Source: an uncultured bacterium
GTDB lineage: Bacteria; Verrucomicrobiota; Verrucomicrobiia; Limisphaerales; UBA8199
Direction of reading: 5' to 3'
NCBI GenBank assembly: GCA_963749495.1
Contig: CAVVMW010000021.1
Span: 512,001 to 576,000, forward strand
DNA: 64,000 bases
The notes below the pieces were generated by a model that saw only the letters and a list, made by a program, of their open reading frames with translations, ran no database searches and had not been told where the DNA came from. Position numbers and translations under genes: made by a program. Shown here piece after piece: positions 10,033 through 21,485 of this stretch. Numbering within the stretch: position 1 is the first letter of the stretch; each line of letters starts with the position of its first letter.

Positions 10033-12973
10033 TTAATGTGTGCTGAGCCGATAGTAGAGCCTGTCCGGCGATGGGCTGAAAGACCTGCCAGGTGGTGCCG
10101 ACCAAGTCGGGCTGGGCTGAGACGGTCGTCCAGGTGGTCATATCCGGGCTGCTCTGCAGGACCACGTTAAACGGACTGTAGGGCCAAGTCAGCAGCAGGG
10201 CGCGGGAGATGGATTGCTTGGCTGCCTCAATGGTGGAATAAACCTCGATTTCATTCAGTCCTTCGTAACCCGAGGGGTAGATGCCCGAGAGCGCGGTGAA
10301 CTTGAGGTAGCGGGCGGTCACGGGCGGGGTGACCTCGAAGACATCGGGCACTATCTGGTCCACGCCGGCCATGTCGCTCAGTGTGCCGGAGGCGACTGGA
10401 CGCGGATTGGGGAAGGTGGCGGTGGTGGTCGGGGCCGACCCTCCGTTGATCGCCGTCGGTCGGGTGCCGGCGGCCAGGGCCTGGATCTCGTCGGGAGTGA
10501 TGACGCTGAACCAGATGGCGACGTTGGTCACCTCTCCCAGCAACGGAGCAAAGCCGGGAACGGTTATCCCGGCCGCGCCACCGCCACAGCCTGTGCCGAT
10601 GGTCCAACGGTCGCCGCCCTTCCACATAGCCCCGAGCCCCACCGGGAGGGGCGTGCCCTCTTCCTTGCCGTTGATGTAGAGGTGCTCGTAATCGCCTTCC
10701 TGGGCGGTGACGGCCACGTGATACCAAACGCCGGGCTGCGCTAGGGTCGTGCCATCAATGGGCCCTGATATGCAGCAGAGCCAGGACTCAAACTGCCCGC
10801 TGGGCAGCACTCGCACCTCGTGCGAGTAGTCGTTGGTCTCCCCGTTAGGGTCGGTGCGAACGATGATGCTCGAGGCCAGCGACAGATCCGAGAGGTTGAC
10901 CCAGAACGAGAGGGAATAGACGGTGGGCTCCGTCATGCCGAAAGGATCGAGGATCTCCAGCCGGTCGCCATTTCCGGAGAGAACCAGGCTGTGCCCCGAT
11001 TTCAAGACCGCGGGCACATCGGTGCTGAAGGTTGGGGTGACGGGATTGCCGCCGGGGCTGGCCGCGTCCAGGAACGCCGCGTCCACCTTGTTCGTCGAAT
11101 GGTCGGTCGTATCCCCATCCAGCGGGTAGTAGCGATCGACGGGGCTGGCCTCAACGGTTGCGTTGGTGGTGATGATGACGCCGTCAACGGCGCTGAGATC
11201 GAACTGTGCCGTGCCTCGATCGTTGCAGGAGCCGTTATGAGTGTTGTAGAGGTTGACCGAGGAGATGGAGTATTCGCGCTGGAGATCCAGGACGAAACTG
11301 GCGTTGGTGTCGCTATTGACAGCCAGCCAATAGGGGGGCGGCTGTATCGCGCAAACATTCGTGCTTTCGTAGGTGATGCCGTCAATGACGGCATAGGGCG
11401 GGAAAGTGGGGCCGGTGTAATAGCTGCTGGCCCAGATGATGTTGCCGCTCCTGGCCACGTTGGTGCTGACCGTCTGCCCCGGGGCCGTCCGTGCCAAGGC
11501 GAAGAAGTCAGCGCTGTCGTCCGCCGCCTGGAAGAAACTGAAGTTGGTGCCCGTAAGGGTCGGCACACCGGAAAAGACGAAGGCGTTACCGTTAAAAACC
11601 GGCGGCGGCTCGACGGGGACCCAGTTCGTGGAGGGCAGGGTCCTGCTGCTGAGCAGAGGGAATGGGTTGACCGGCCAGGTCAGCTCGATCGCAGGCTTTA
11701 CGGTGATCGTCGGCATAGGCACGTCGGCAAAGAGTTGAAACTCGTCCAGACCGATACTGTTGTTTGAGCTGATGGGGTAGGCGCAGCTCAGAGCGTCAAA
11801 ACGCCAATAACGGGCCGTGACCGGGTTGGAGAGCTTATAGACAGCGGGCGTGATATTGGTCTGGCCGGTGACATTGGTCAGGGTGCCGGAGACCACGGCC
11901 GTCGGGTTAATCAGGGTCACGCCGGAGGCGGCGCCGACACTCAGGGGGGATGCCCCCTTGCTCAAACTGAGGACGGCGGCGGGGGTCAGGACGCTGAACC
12001 AGATGCCCACGTCGGAGATGAGTTCCGAGGAGGGCGAGAAGCCACCGCCGGAACCGGTCCCGATCTCGATCATGCCGCCGCCTTGCCATAGGGTGCCGAC
12101 AGCCGCTGGGGTGCCCTCTTCCACCCCGTTGACATACAAGTGCTCCAGCCCGCCGTTCTGGGCCGTGACCGCCACGTGATACCAGACATCGGGCTGGACC
12201 ACGGTCGTGCCTGTGACCGTCTTTTGAGCGCCGTCAAACGTATAGGCCTCAAAATTGAGGGCCGTGTTCAACCGGATTTGGTGCGACCAGGTGTTGTTTT
12301 CGTGCCCAGCGGCGGCCGTCCGCACGATAAAGCTGGTCGGCTGCAGGCTCCCAAAGTAAAGCGTCTGGCACATGACCCACATCGAGTAGGAGAACGCGGT
12401 CGGCTGGGCCATGCCGGTCGGATTGGCGATTTCGACGCTCTCGCCATATCCCGAAAAGGAGAGGGACTGCGTAAAATTCGTCAGGACCGCCGGGACGGAG
12501 TTGCTAAAGACCGGGGTGGTGGGAGTCAAGGAGGAATCGACCTCGACCGCGTCCACGCCATTGCCCGAGGAGTCGTTGAGATCCCCGTTAAACTTGTAGT
12601 AGCGATCCAGCGTGACGGTATTCGGGCCGAGCGTATCGCTGACGCTCACGGCAAAATTGGCCGTGCCGTCATTCTCGGCGGCGCCGCCGTGCGTATTGTA
12701 CAAAACGACCGAACTGACGGGGTAGTCGTTGAGGAGATCCAGGATGAAATAGCCGGTGCTCTTGCCGGCCGAGCCCACCCAAAAGGTGGGCGATTCATTC
12801 GGGGCCTCGTTGGTTCTCCCGTCAATCACGAGTGACGGGACCATATAAGTATTGAAGGAGCCGCCGCTTTGGATGATGACGCCGCTGGGGGCCACGTTGG
12901 TCACCACAGCCAGCGCCGGGTTGACGGCCGCCAACATCACGGCCAAGAGTGCGATTTGGGGGTTTGTCTTCAT
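10033..12973 (-). CDS. Secreted tandem discoidin(F5/8)-like/LamG protein; frameshift near the 3' end
   Basis: Signal peptide, then two modules each with LDL...SSVxLYNTH...TAxF and a LamG core (WYHVAVTAQ.G..EHLY.NG.EEG) closed by PVTARY..F. An alternative frame near 10060 gives ...LYYRLSTH* (TAA 10035-10033), which matches neighbouring FYRL termini. The listed ORF instead reads through repeats to 9518. Confidence 0.75.
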
Positions 12974-13194
12974 AGGGGTGGTTTCTGTCAGGTTCGTGTC
13001 AGGTTGCGGACATTTCGGTGCAGTCGCCTCGTGTCACGACATTTTCATAACAGCCTGGTCCCGAGCAAGTCCCGGCCCATTCCGTCTGCAATTTGAGCCG
13101 CTGCCCGAGGTAATCAGGGCCAAGTCTGGCACAAAACCCCAGGGCCGGGAATACCTGCTCTCACAATTCCCTATCTCCCATCACAAGATCGCTC

Positions 13195-14106
13195 TTGACC
13201 GCCGCCGAGGGCAACGGTAGGCTCCGCCCTGTGTACTACGACGGCTTCAGGCTTCGCTGGGCTAATCGCCGCCTGCAGACGGCCAATATAGTCATCGGGG
13301 AGGTCCTCTACGAGCCCGGCGGAGTTTGCGGACCGCGCGTGCAGCGCGACTTTGAGTTGGTCATCCTGCACTCGGGCCACTGCGAGGCCACCGTGGACAA
13401 GGCCCCCCGAACGCTGGGGCCGGGGACGGTCTATCTGTTCCTGCCGGGCGGGCATGAGCACTTCCGCTTTGCCTTGGACACTGAGACGCACCATTCCTGG
13501 TGCTCCATCCGCCCCGGTTTCATGCCAGCGGACCTGCAACAACGGCTTCGGCTCGCGGCGGTCTCCGTGCCTTGCTCGGAGGTTTTTGGCTTGCTCCTGG
13601 CGGCCGTCTTCAAACTCCGCCCCCCACGCCACGGCGCCGCCGGCAGGCTGCTCGAGCAGTTGGGCCTCTGCCTCTTTGCCGAGTACCTCAGCGCCTGGCG
13701 CCGCCTGGATTCCGAGCCGGGCTGGGATCCGGCAGTCGGCGCCTTCCTCCACTACGTGGAGGACCACTTCGGCGAGGAGAGTTGTTTGCAGGCCGCCCAA
13801 GAGGCCGCCGGGATCTCCAGAAACGCCGTCATCTACAAATTCCGCCAGGAACTGCACGCCACCCCGGCGCGCTACCTGTGGCGATTGCGCACCGAACGCG
13901 GCGCCGCGATGCTCTGTGAGACCGGCCACACGGCCGCTGAAATCGCCTACCGTTGCGGTTTCTCCAACGCCTTCCACTTTTCCCGGTTGATCAAACAGCG
14001 CTTCGGCCGCTCGCCCAGAGACTTGCGCCGCGAGGCCTGGGCCCAAGCCGCCCCCCGCGCCCCGGCGCCCGCTCCGACCGTTGTGCTGCCAGACAGCAAA
14101 TTGTGA
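13195..14106 (+). CDS. AraC-family transcriptional regulator
   Basis: N-terminal cupin-like region and C-terminal HTH signature [30 protein letters not shown]. Start uncertain. Confidence 0.9.
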   Translation: MTAAEGNGRLRPVYYDGFRLRWANRRLQTANIVIGEVLYEPGGVCGPRVQRDFELVILHSGHCEATVDKAPRTLGPGTVYLFLPGGHEHFRFALDTETHHSWCSIRPGFMPADLQQRLRLAAVSVPCSEVFGLLLAAVFKLRPPRHGAAGRLLEQLGLCLFAEYLSAWRRLDSEPGWDPAVGAFLHYVEDHFGEESCLQAAQEAAGISRNAVIYKFRQELHATPARYLWRLRTERGAAMLCETGHTAAEIAYRCGFSNAFHFSRLIKQRFGRSPRDLRREAWAQAAPRAPAPAPTVVLPDSKL

Positions 14107-14209
14107 GACCGGGCATTGCTGCCGGGGGTCGTTTCGTGGTAAACCTCAGGTTATGTTGACAAGGGCCATGTGCCAAATCGCAATGCCGGGCGTCTTGCCC
14201 AAGGCGCAA

Positions 14210-14962
14210 ATGAAACCCAAGCCTGCATCGCTGTTCGCTGTCATCCGTTCGCCTCGGTCCGCCTTCACTCTCATCGAGTTGCTGGTCGTCATCGCCATCA
14301 TCGCCATCCTGGCCGCCTTGCTCCTGCCATCCTTGTCCCGGGCCAAAGCCAAGGCTAAACAGACGCAGTGTCTGAGCAACCAGCACCAGATCGGCGCCGC
14401 CTCGGCGTGCTATCTGATGGATTCCGCAGACACGCTGCCTCCGTGCGTGGACTGGAACGCATTAGGCGGACAGAACGGCAAGTACGATGTCTGGAGTTGG
14501 GCGACGAACCGCCCTTTCTGGCGCTATGCAGCCAACCCCGCTATCTTCCACTGCCCGGCCGACAAAGGGGACGCGATCTCCACCGAGACGGTCGGTTGGG
14601 TCTGCACCAACTGCTGGAACCAGTACGGCACCAGTTACTTGATCGAATGGGCCGTCAACTACATGCGCATCCGGCGAACCTTCGGAGATTCCCTCAACCC
14701 CGTCGATCAATACAGCGCCACCTCCCTCAAGGGGTCGGATATTGCCCTTGGCCCGGCAACCAAGATCATCCTCGGCGACTGGATTATGCACATCAATCGG
14801 GGTTGGACCTCCTCCAACAGCGTCTGGCACAACTACCGTGGCAAGAGCCTGGTCAACCTTCTCTACGGCAACGGCCACTCGGCAGGATACAAGTTCCCAA
14901 CCTATCCGGACAACTCGTCGTTTTGGTCTGTCCCCCCCAATCCGACCTTTCTCTGGTGGTGA
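14210..14962 (+). CDS. Prepilin-type N-terminal cleavage/methylation protein (paralogue of 8697-9458)
   Basis: [45 protein letters not shown]...NLLYGNGH, ends PNPTFLWW. Confidence 0.9.
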   Translation: MKPKPASLFAVIRSPRSAFTLIELLVVIAIIAILAALLLPSLSRAKAKAKQTQCLSNQHQIGAASACYLMDSADTLPPCVDWNALGGQNGKYDVWSWATNRPFWRYAANPAIFHCPADKGDAISTETVGWVCTNCWNQYGTSYLIEWAVNYMRIRRTFGDSLNPVDQYSATSLKGSDIALGPATKIILGDWIMHINRGWTSSNSVWHNYRGKSLVNLLYGNGHSAGYKFPTYPDNSSFWSVPPNPTFLWW

Positions 14963-14997
14963 GCTGGACACGCGCAACATAAGGATGACTTTGGTAT

Positions 14998-15077
14998 CTT
15001 TGTCGCAGCCTTTGTCGCAACCTTTGTCGAGCTCAGCCCGATTTCGACAAAGGTCTCGACAAAGGCTGCGACAAAGG
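14998..15077. repeat. 12-bp tandem-armed hairpin (CCTTTGTCG family)
   Basis: ctttgtcgcagcctttgtcgcaacctttgtcga...tcgacaaaggtctcgacaaaggctgcgacaaagg. Confidence 0.85.
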
Positions 15078-15102
15078 TCGTGAAAGCCAACGGCCTTCCT
15101 CC

Positions 15103-15152
15103 CCAGGAACCGACACCAAGTCCGAAGGTTTTGGACTGCGGCAGTCCAAAAC
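15103..15152. repeat. REP-like element (TTTTGGACTGCG..CAGTCCAAAA family)
   Basis: ccaggaaccgacaccaagtccgaaggttttggactgcggcagtccaaaac recurs almost exactly at ~40082-40131. Longer family members lie at ~35699-35779, ~46005-46084 and ~62336-62415. Confidence 0.8.
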
Positions 15153-15316
15153 GCTTCGCGGGACGGGAACGCAGTGTCGAGGTTCAGGGGCGCAAAGCGC
15201 GAATTCGTTCGGGGAATTCTTATACGGATGAACTCAGGCCCTGTTCATCGCCTCCGCCAAATCGGCGGGCTGCGCCTGCGCGTCCGCCCCAGGCGCCAGA
15301 CGCAACTCGCGTTCGC

Positions 15317-15378
15317 GCTTGGGCCATGGGTCCGTGGACTAGAAGTCCACGGCTGCCATCGGGCACCGCTGCGCGGTG
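15317..15378. repeat. REP-like element shared with 41397-41458
   Basis: gcttgggccatgggtccgtggact(a/g)gaagtccacggct(g/a)ccatcgggcaccgct(g/a)cgcggtg occurs in both places. Confidence 0.8.
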
Positions 15379-15464
15379 TAGGAACGTCTCCGTGTTTTGA
15401 TCGCCCATCCCCCCGCAACTTTTGGCTGGCCCTGCCGTTCCTTGCCGCGATACGATGCACTGCT

Positions 15465-18305
15465 ATGAAAACGCTCCATGCTCTGGTCGCGCGCGGCGGT
15501 GCGGTTGATGGCCTAGACGGCGGTTTGCCCGCCCCCGGAGAGGGGCGCAAGACCGGGGCGCGCGCAATCCCGGATTCCAGCGCCGTGGCGGTCGCGGCCC
15601 GGGCGGTCGGGCGCCCCTGTTGGCGGTGGCTGCCCTGGCTGGTCCTGGCGGTTCTGGGGCCGGACGCGCGTTCCGCGCCAGCCTTCCCGTTGCTCTCGTC
15701 CAACCAGCTCCAGTTTGTGAACCTTGACCATTCCCCGGTGGGGGTTTGCTCGACGCTCACCTATGGCTACACCGGCCCGGGTCCCCAGTGGTGGCAACGG
15801 GGCGACTGCTGCGGTTTGGGCATGTCCAGCGCACAGGTCCCGTACGGGGCCCGCAGGTATACGGCGGCGGCGGCCTGCTCATCGCATTGTCGGGCAGCGC
15901 CGGCGTGCAGGCCCTTCCATTTCTCGCGTCGCCCGCAAGCGTTTCGTCCAACGCCAGCTTTGTCGCCACCAACAATGCCCAGCGGACCTTAACGCCTTGC
16001 ACGGACCAATGGACGATTGACAGCCTCGGGCTCTCGTTCACGCATTACACGCCCGTGTGGTCGATGGCCAGCCTGAGCGCGGCCACGCTCAGCGAGAAGA
16101 AACGCTTCTTCCTCCCCGCAACCTGGCTGGTGTTCAGGGTCGTCAATACCCACAGCACCCCGGAGGACCTTTACTTCGGCCTGCCCACGGCGGCCACACC
16201 GATGAGCCTTGCCGATGGCGCATACCAGGGCTTTGCCGTGGGCGAAGCCGGACTGGCGGTCCAAAGCGGCACGTGCAACCTGTTGAGCGGTGCCAGCCTC
16301 ACGGCGGCACTCAACGGAATGAGCCGGGGCTTCGCCTTTCGCCTGAATATTCCGCCCGGCCAGACCGGGACCCTCGCCGTCGTCATCGCCTTTTATCGGA
16401 GCGCTGTGGTCGATCCCCGGACAGCGGGTTCTTATTATTACACCTCGCTCTTTCCTTCAATGGACAGCGTGGTGGACTCGGCCTTCGCCGGGTTGGCGGA
16501 CGCCCAAGTGCGTTGCCAGCAACTGGCCTCGGCGATGGCCGGCGCCCGCCTGAACCCGTACCGCCAATTCCTGGCCTGCCACGCCCTGCACTCCTACATG
16601 GCGAATACGGCTTGCCTGATCGATCCGAACGGCGGGGTCTCTTGGCGCGTCACGGAGGGGGCGTACCAGGTACATCAATACCTTCGACCTCACGGTCAAC
16701 ATGGCTTTCTACGAATCCCTGATGCACCCCTGGACGCTGCGCAACGTGCTCGACACCTTCTCGGGCGCGATCAACGGCGCGGGCTACAGCTTCGACCAAC
16801 CGCTATATGATCCCTCCGGGACGGAGGTGTCGAGCCAGGGGTTTTCCTTCGACCACGACATGGGGGGCTGGCCGGCCTCCGGCACCGGACCGGCGTATGG
16901 TGCCAGCATGGCACAGGAGGAGCTCCACACCTGGATTCTCTCGGCCGGGCTCTATTGGAGCCACAGCGGTGATGACGCCTGGCTGGCCAGCAACGCGGCC
17001 CTGCTGCGGACCTGCCTCAACTCGATGCTCTGGCGGGATAGCACCAACCCCCTCGCCAGGGATGGAACCACCAAGAACCTCAATGCGGGCGAGATCACGA
17101 CCTTCGACAACCTCGATGCCTCTCTGAATGCCGCGCGGTTCAGCGGGAGGCTGGCGGTGAGGAATTGGGCTTGTTACCTGGCCTTGCAGGCGATGTTCGC
17201 CCAGATCGGCGATGCGGCCGACGCGACGATGTGCCGGAACATGGCCGCCGTTGCGGCGCAAACGATCGTGAATCGCTGGACCAGTTACCGGGCGACGTTG
17301 GGTTACATTCCAGCGCTTCTGGATGGCAGCAATCCCTCCGCCATCCTTCCGATGGTCGAGGGTCTGCCCTATCCCGCCCAGATGGGACTGACCAACGCGG
17401 TGGACCGCGCCGGCGGCCCTTACGCCCCCATGCTCCAAGCGCTCTCGAATCATATGGTGGCAGTCCTGGTCCCGGGCAAATGCCTGGACGCCACAAGCGG
17501 GGGCTGGGACATGACCAGCGGCGACGTTGCCGGCAACTCTTACAATACCTGGCAAAGCAAGCTCTACACGTGCCAATATGCTGCCGAGACCATCCTGGGC
17601 ATCACCAATGGCACTGTGAACGGGACCGTGGATCAGGTCCATGCCACCATTCAGATACAGAACGCCCCCTTTCACGGGTGGTCGGACCAGTTGGACGGCA
17701 CCGGGGCCAACCGTTTTCTGGGCAGTCTCCATTACCCCCGCGGCGTCACAAGCGCGCTTTGGTGGTTGAACGCTACCAACAATCTGGCCTACCCGGCGGC
17801 CACTGCGGCCCCCGAGCCGCCCGGCGGCCTGCGCGCGCTGGCCGGCAACCGCCAGGTTCTGCTGCTCTGGGATGGCACCGCGCTGGCGGCGGGCTATAAC
17901 GTCAAGCGCGCACCCGTCAGCGGCGGGCCTTACACGCCCATCACCAACGGCATCACCGGCGCCAGTTGGCTTGATAGCGGTCTCCTCAACGGCGTCACCT
18001 ATTATTACGTCGTGACCGCCAGCAACCAAATCGGCGAGGGCCTCCCTTCCGCCGAGGTTGCCGCGACCCCTTTCGGCCCGGTGCCATCAACGGGCACGAA
18101 CATTGCCGCAACACTCACCGGCCCAAACATCACCCTCTCGTGGCCCTCGAACTATGCCGGCTGGATTCTCCAAACCAACGTCCTTGACCTTCGGAACAGC
18201 CTCGATTGGGGCGACGTGCCCGGTTCGCAGACCAATTACCGGATGAGCTTCCCGGCAACCGATTCGACACGCCCGACGGAGTTCTTCCGCCTGCGGCATC
18301 CGTAG
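15465..18305 (+). CDS. Glycoside hydrolase family 52 (beta-xylosidase-like) with signal region, FN3 and FYRL-type C-terminal domain; frameshifts at ~15850 and ~16670
   Basis: Three consecutive frames give GH52 motifs: HSPVG, HALHSY..NT, W.V.EG.Y, INTFDLTV, SFDHDMG, EITTFDNLDASL, IxPxxEGL, NTWQSK.Y.CQY, YPRGVTSALW. These are followed by FN3 (YNVKRA..SGGPY...TYYYVVTASN..GEG) and the end EFFRLRHP. Confidence 0.8.
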
Positions 18306-18310
18306 CCGGG

Positions 18311-18420
18311 ACAATGACAATGACGAATGACGAATGACGAATGACGAAAAATCGCGAAGCGTCCGGAGTCGGCAGCACGCCCGCACTCTTTCGTCATTCG
18401 TCATTCGTCATTCGTCATTC
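18311..18420. repeat. Hairpin with heptamer tandem arms (AATGACG)n ... (CGTCATT)n
   Basis: acaatgacaatgacgaatgacgaatgacgaatgacg...ttcgtcattcgtcattcgtcattcgtcattc. One arm is also present at ~24493-24527. Confidence 0.85.
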
Positions 18421-18486
18421 CGCAATGGGTCAGATGTTGAGGTCTGACCGGGTTGCTCCTCCACCGTCGCGTCTCTGCAGCAGGAC

Positions 18487-19911
18487 GCAAATCCAAATCG
18501 GGGCGCAAATCCAAATCGGGGCGCAAATCCAAATCGGGGCGCAAATCCAAATCGGGGCGCAAATCCAAAAAATCCAAATCGGGGTCACATCTAGAATCGG
18601 TCAGGGTCACATCTATACTTTCTTACAATGTGAGTCCGCGAAACGGGTCCAATCCCGCATTTTCACACAGTGAGCAAATCCAAATCGGGGTCACAAATCC
18701 AAATCGGGGTCACATCTATACTTTTTTACAATGGGGGTCAGGCAAATCGGGGTCACATCGGGTCAGCAGCAAATCGGCGGGGTCACGGAATCGGGGTCAC
18801 GGAATCGGGGTCACATCTATACTTTCTTACAATGGGCAGGGACGGAATCGGGGCGGAATCGGCACGGAATCGGTCAGCACGGAATCGGGGTCACATCTAT
18901 ACTTTCTTACAATGTGAGTCCGCGAAACGAGTCCAATCCCGCATTTTCACACAGTGAAGTCCTAGAAAAAATGACGGTTCCGGCGTTACTGACCCCTCCC
19001 AATACTGACCCCTCCCAAGGGCGCGGCGGAGAAGGCGGCCTTGGCATGGTGGGTGCGGGAGCGCACGACCGTGCCGGTACGCTGGGTAAGCGAGCGCCTG
19101 GACATGGGGCACTACAGCCGGGTGGCACAGGCGGTCAACAAATCGGTCAACAAATCGGGGCGGTCAACAAATCGGTCAACAAATCGGGGTCGGTCAACAA
19201 ATCGGGGTCAACAAATCGGGTAACAAATCCAAATCGCAAATCGGGGTAATCCAAATCGCAAATCGGGGTCACATCAAATCGCAAATCGGGGTCACATCTA
19301 TACTTTTTTACAATGTCGAATCCAAATCGGGGTCACATCTATACTTTTTTACAATCAAATCCAAATCGGGGTCACATCTATACCCGGAATCGGGGTCACA
19401 TCTATACTTTCTTACAATGTGAGTCCGCGAAACGGGTCCAATCCCGCATTTTCACACAGTGAAGTCCTAGAAAAAATGACGGTTCCGGCGTTACTGACCC
19501 CTCCCAATACTGACCCCTCCCAAAGGCGCGGCGGAGAAGGCGGCCTTGGCATGGTGGGTGCGGGAGCGCACGACCGTGCCGGTACGCTGGGTAAGCGAGC
19601 GCGTGGACATGGGGCACTACAGCCGGGTGGCACAGGCGGTCAACAAATCGGTCAACAAATCGGGGCGGTCAACAAATCGGTCAACAAATCGGGGTCAATC
19701 TCAACAAATCGGGGTCACATCTATACTTTTTTACAATGTGCGTCCCAAATCGCAAATCGGGGTCACATCTATACTTTTTTACAATCAACAAATCGGGGTC
19801 ATCAACAAATCGGGGTCACATCTATACTTTTTTACAATGTGCGTCCCAAATCGCAAATCGGGGTCACCAAATCGCAAATCAGGGTCACATCTATACTTTT
19901 TTACAATGTGT
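18487..19911 (+). repeat. Array of nested, variably truncated copies of the transposase left terminal repeat AAATCGGGGTCACATCTATACTTT(T/C)TTACAATG
   Basis: About 11 near-complete copies (e.g. 18604, 18706, 18807, 18887, 19288, 19329, 19392, 19711, 19759, 19812, 19882) plus many 8-20 nt truncated copies, all in one orientation. Manual count. Confidence 0.9.
19013..19136 (+). pseudogene. C-terminal HTH remnant of a second RAYT-like transposase (also at ~19520-19641 and ~23713-23916)
   Basis: PKGAAEKAALAWWVRERTTVPVRWVSERLDMGH..RVAQAV resembles the C-terminal HTH of Y1 transposases. The copy at 23713-23916 has an in-frame TAA. Confidence 0.6.
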
Positions 19912-20011
19912 GTCCGGCTCACCAAATATTCCGCATGGACATCCGAGGGACCGGTGCCGGGCGGCGCTTTCTTGATTGACCTTGCGCAGCGGAGGCGCTT
20001 TGCTCCATTGC

Positions 20012-21049
20012 ATGGCACGCGCTTTGCGAATTGAACGGGCGGGCGGGCGCTATCATGTGACCGCGCGCGGCAACGAGCGAAGGGCAATTTACCGGCAAGA
20101 CTGCGACCGGGGCCACTTCCTGGAGCTGCTTGGTGAACTGGGTGAACGGTTTGGCGTACGGGTTCATGGCTACGTGCTCATGGAGAACCACTTTCACCTG
20201 CTGCTCGAGACGCCGGAAGCCAACCTGAGCGCAGCAGTGCAATGGCTCAACGTCAGCTACAGCGTCTGGTTTAATCGCCGTCATGGACGGGCTGGACACT
20301 TGTTCCAAGGACGCTTCAAGGCGGTCGTGGTCGAGGAGGATGCCGGGTGGCAGGAGGTGGGACGCTACGTGCATTTGAACCCGGTGCGAGTGGCGGCGCT
20401 AGGCTTGGACAAACGGAAGCAGGCGGCGGGCCGGTTGGGCACCGGGGTTGCGCCGACCACCGAATTGGTCGGCAAGCGCCTGGAGGTGTTGCGTGACTGG
20501 CGGTGGAGTTCTTATCGCGGCTATGCAGGTTATTGTGCCCCGCCGGGTTGGCTGGTGCGGGAGCTTTTGGGACATTTGTCCGGCGGTCGCACTGAGGCAG
20601 AGCAACGGGCAGCGCTGCGCCAATACACCGAGGCCCCGCTGCGCCAAGGCGTGATAGAATCGCCGTGGCAGCGGCTGGTCGCCGGTTTCGTCCTGGGGAG
20701 CGAGGCATTTGCGCGGCGCTTGCGGGAGGAGGTGGGCGGGAACCGCCGCGAACAGGCGGCCGTAAGGCGACTGGCGCACCGAGTGAACTGGGAGGATATT
20801 GTATTGGCGGTGGAAAAGGTTAAAGGCCAGACTTGGCCGGAGTTCTGCGACCGATATGCGGATTGGGGCAGGGAAGCCGCCCTCTGGCTTGGGCGCAGGG
20901 CGGGTTGCCTGTCTTTACCGCAGTTGGCTCAATTGGCAGGCGGCATGGAGTACGACGCAGTGGCACAAGCCCTAACGCGCTTTGGGAAACGGCTGGAGCG
21001 GCACCCCGAGCTGCGCCAGCAAATGACGCGCCTCCAGAACGCATTGTAA
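20012..21049 (+). mobile_element. HUH/Y1 (REP-associated tyrosine, RAYT-like) transposase with C-terminal HTH, copy 1
   Basis: MARALR...YHVTARGNER...YVLMENHFHLLLETP (HUH)...GHLFQGRFKA...YVHLNPVR (catalytic Tyr)...WRWSSY, then a C-terminal DnaA/TrpR-like HTH. The stop codon overlaps the right inverted repeat. Confidence 0.92.
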
Positions 21050-21385
21050 AAATGTATAGATATGACCCCGATTTTCTGTTCTTCCCCGATTTTCTGTTCT
21101 TTCTTGATTGACCTTGCGCAGCGGAGGCGCTTTGCTCCATTGCATGGCACGCGCTTTGGGCAAAGGCAAATCGGGCAAATCGGGTCACAAATCGAATCGC
21201 AAATCGGGGTCACATCTATACTTTTTTACAATGTGCGTCCGGCTCACCAAATATTCCGCATGGACATCCGAGGGACCGGTGCCGGGCGGCGCTTTCTTAG
21301 CAACAAATCGGACAAATCGGGGTCACATCTATTCGGACAAATCTTCGACAAATCGGGGTCACATCTATACTTTTTTACAATGTGT
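21043..21385. repeat. Junction between transposase copies: right IR, partial duplications, then stuttered left-end copies
   Basis: cattgtaaaaatgtatagatatgaccccgattttctgttc (reverse complement of the left repeat), then a copy of the 5' leader and first codons, then left-end copies at 21206, 21319 and 21355. Confidence 0.85.
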
Positions 21386-21485
21386 GTCCGGCTCACCAAA
21401 TATTCCGCATGGACATCCGAGGGACCGGTGCCGGGCGGCGCTTTCTTGATTGACCTTGCGCAGCGGAGGCGCTTTGCTCCATTGC

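Noticed and set aside
8697..14962. Diversity-generating retroelement acting on the pilin paralogues
   Set aside because: There is no reverse transcriptase, and the differences are not adenine-specific TR/VR-type changes.
18487..19911. CRISPR array (recurrent ~33-bp repeat)
   Set aside because: Spacing is irregular, repeats are variably truncated, the 'spacers' are themselves repeated element ends, inverted copies flank a transposase, and no cas genes are present.
18341..19979. ORFs with QIQIGA / NRGHIYTFLQ / KSG repeats
   Set aside because: They are translations of the DNA repeat array in all three frames, not plausible proteins.
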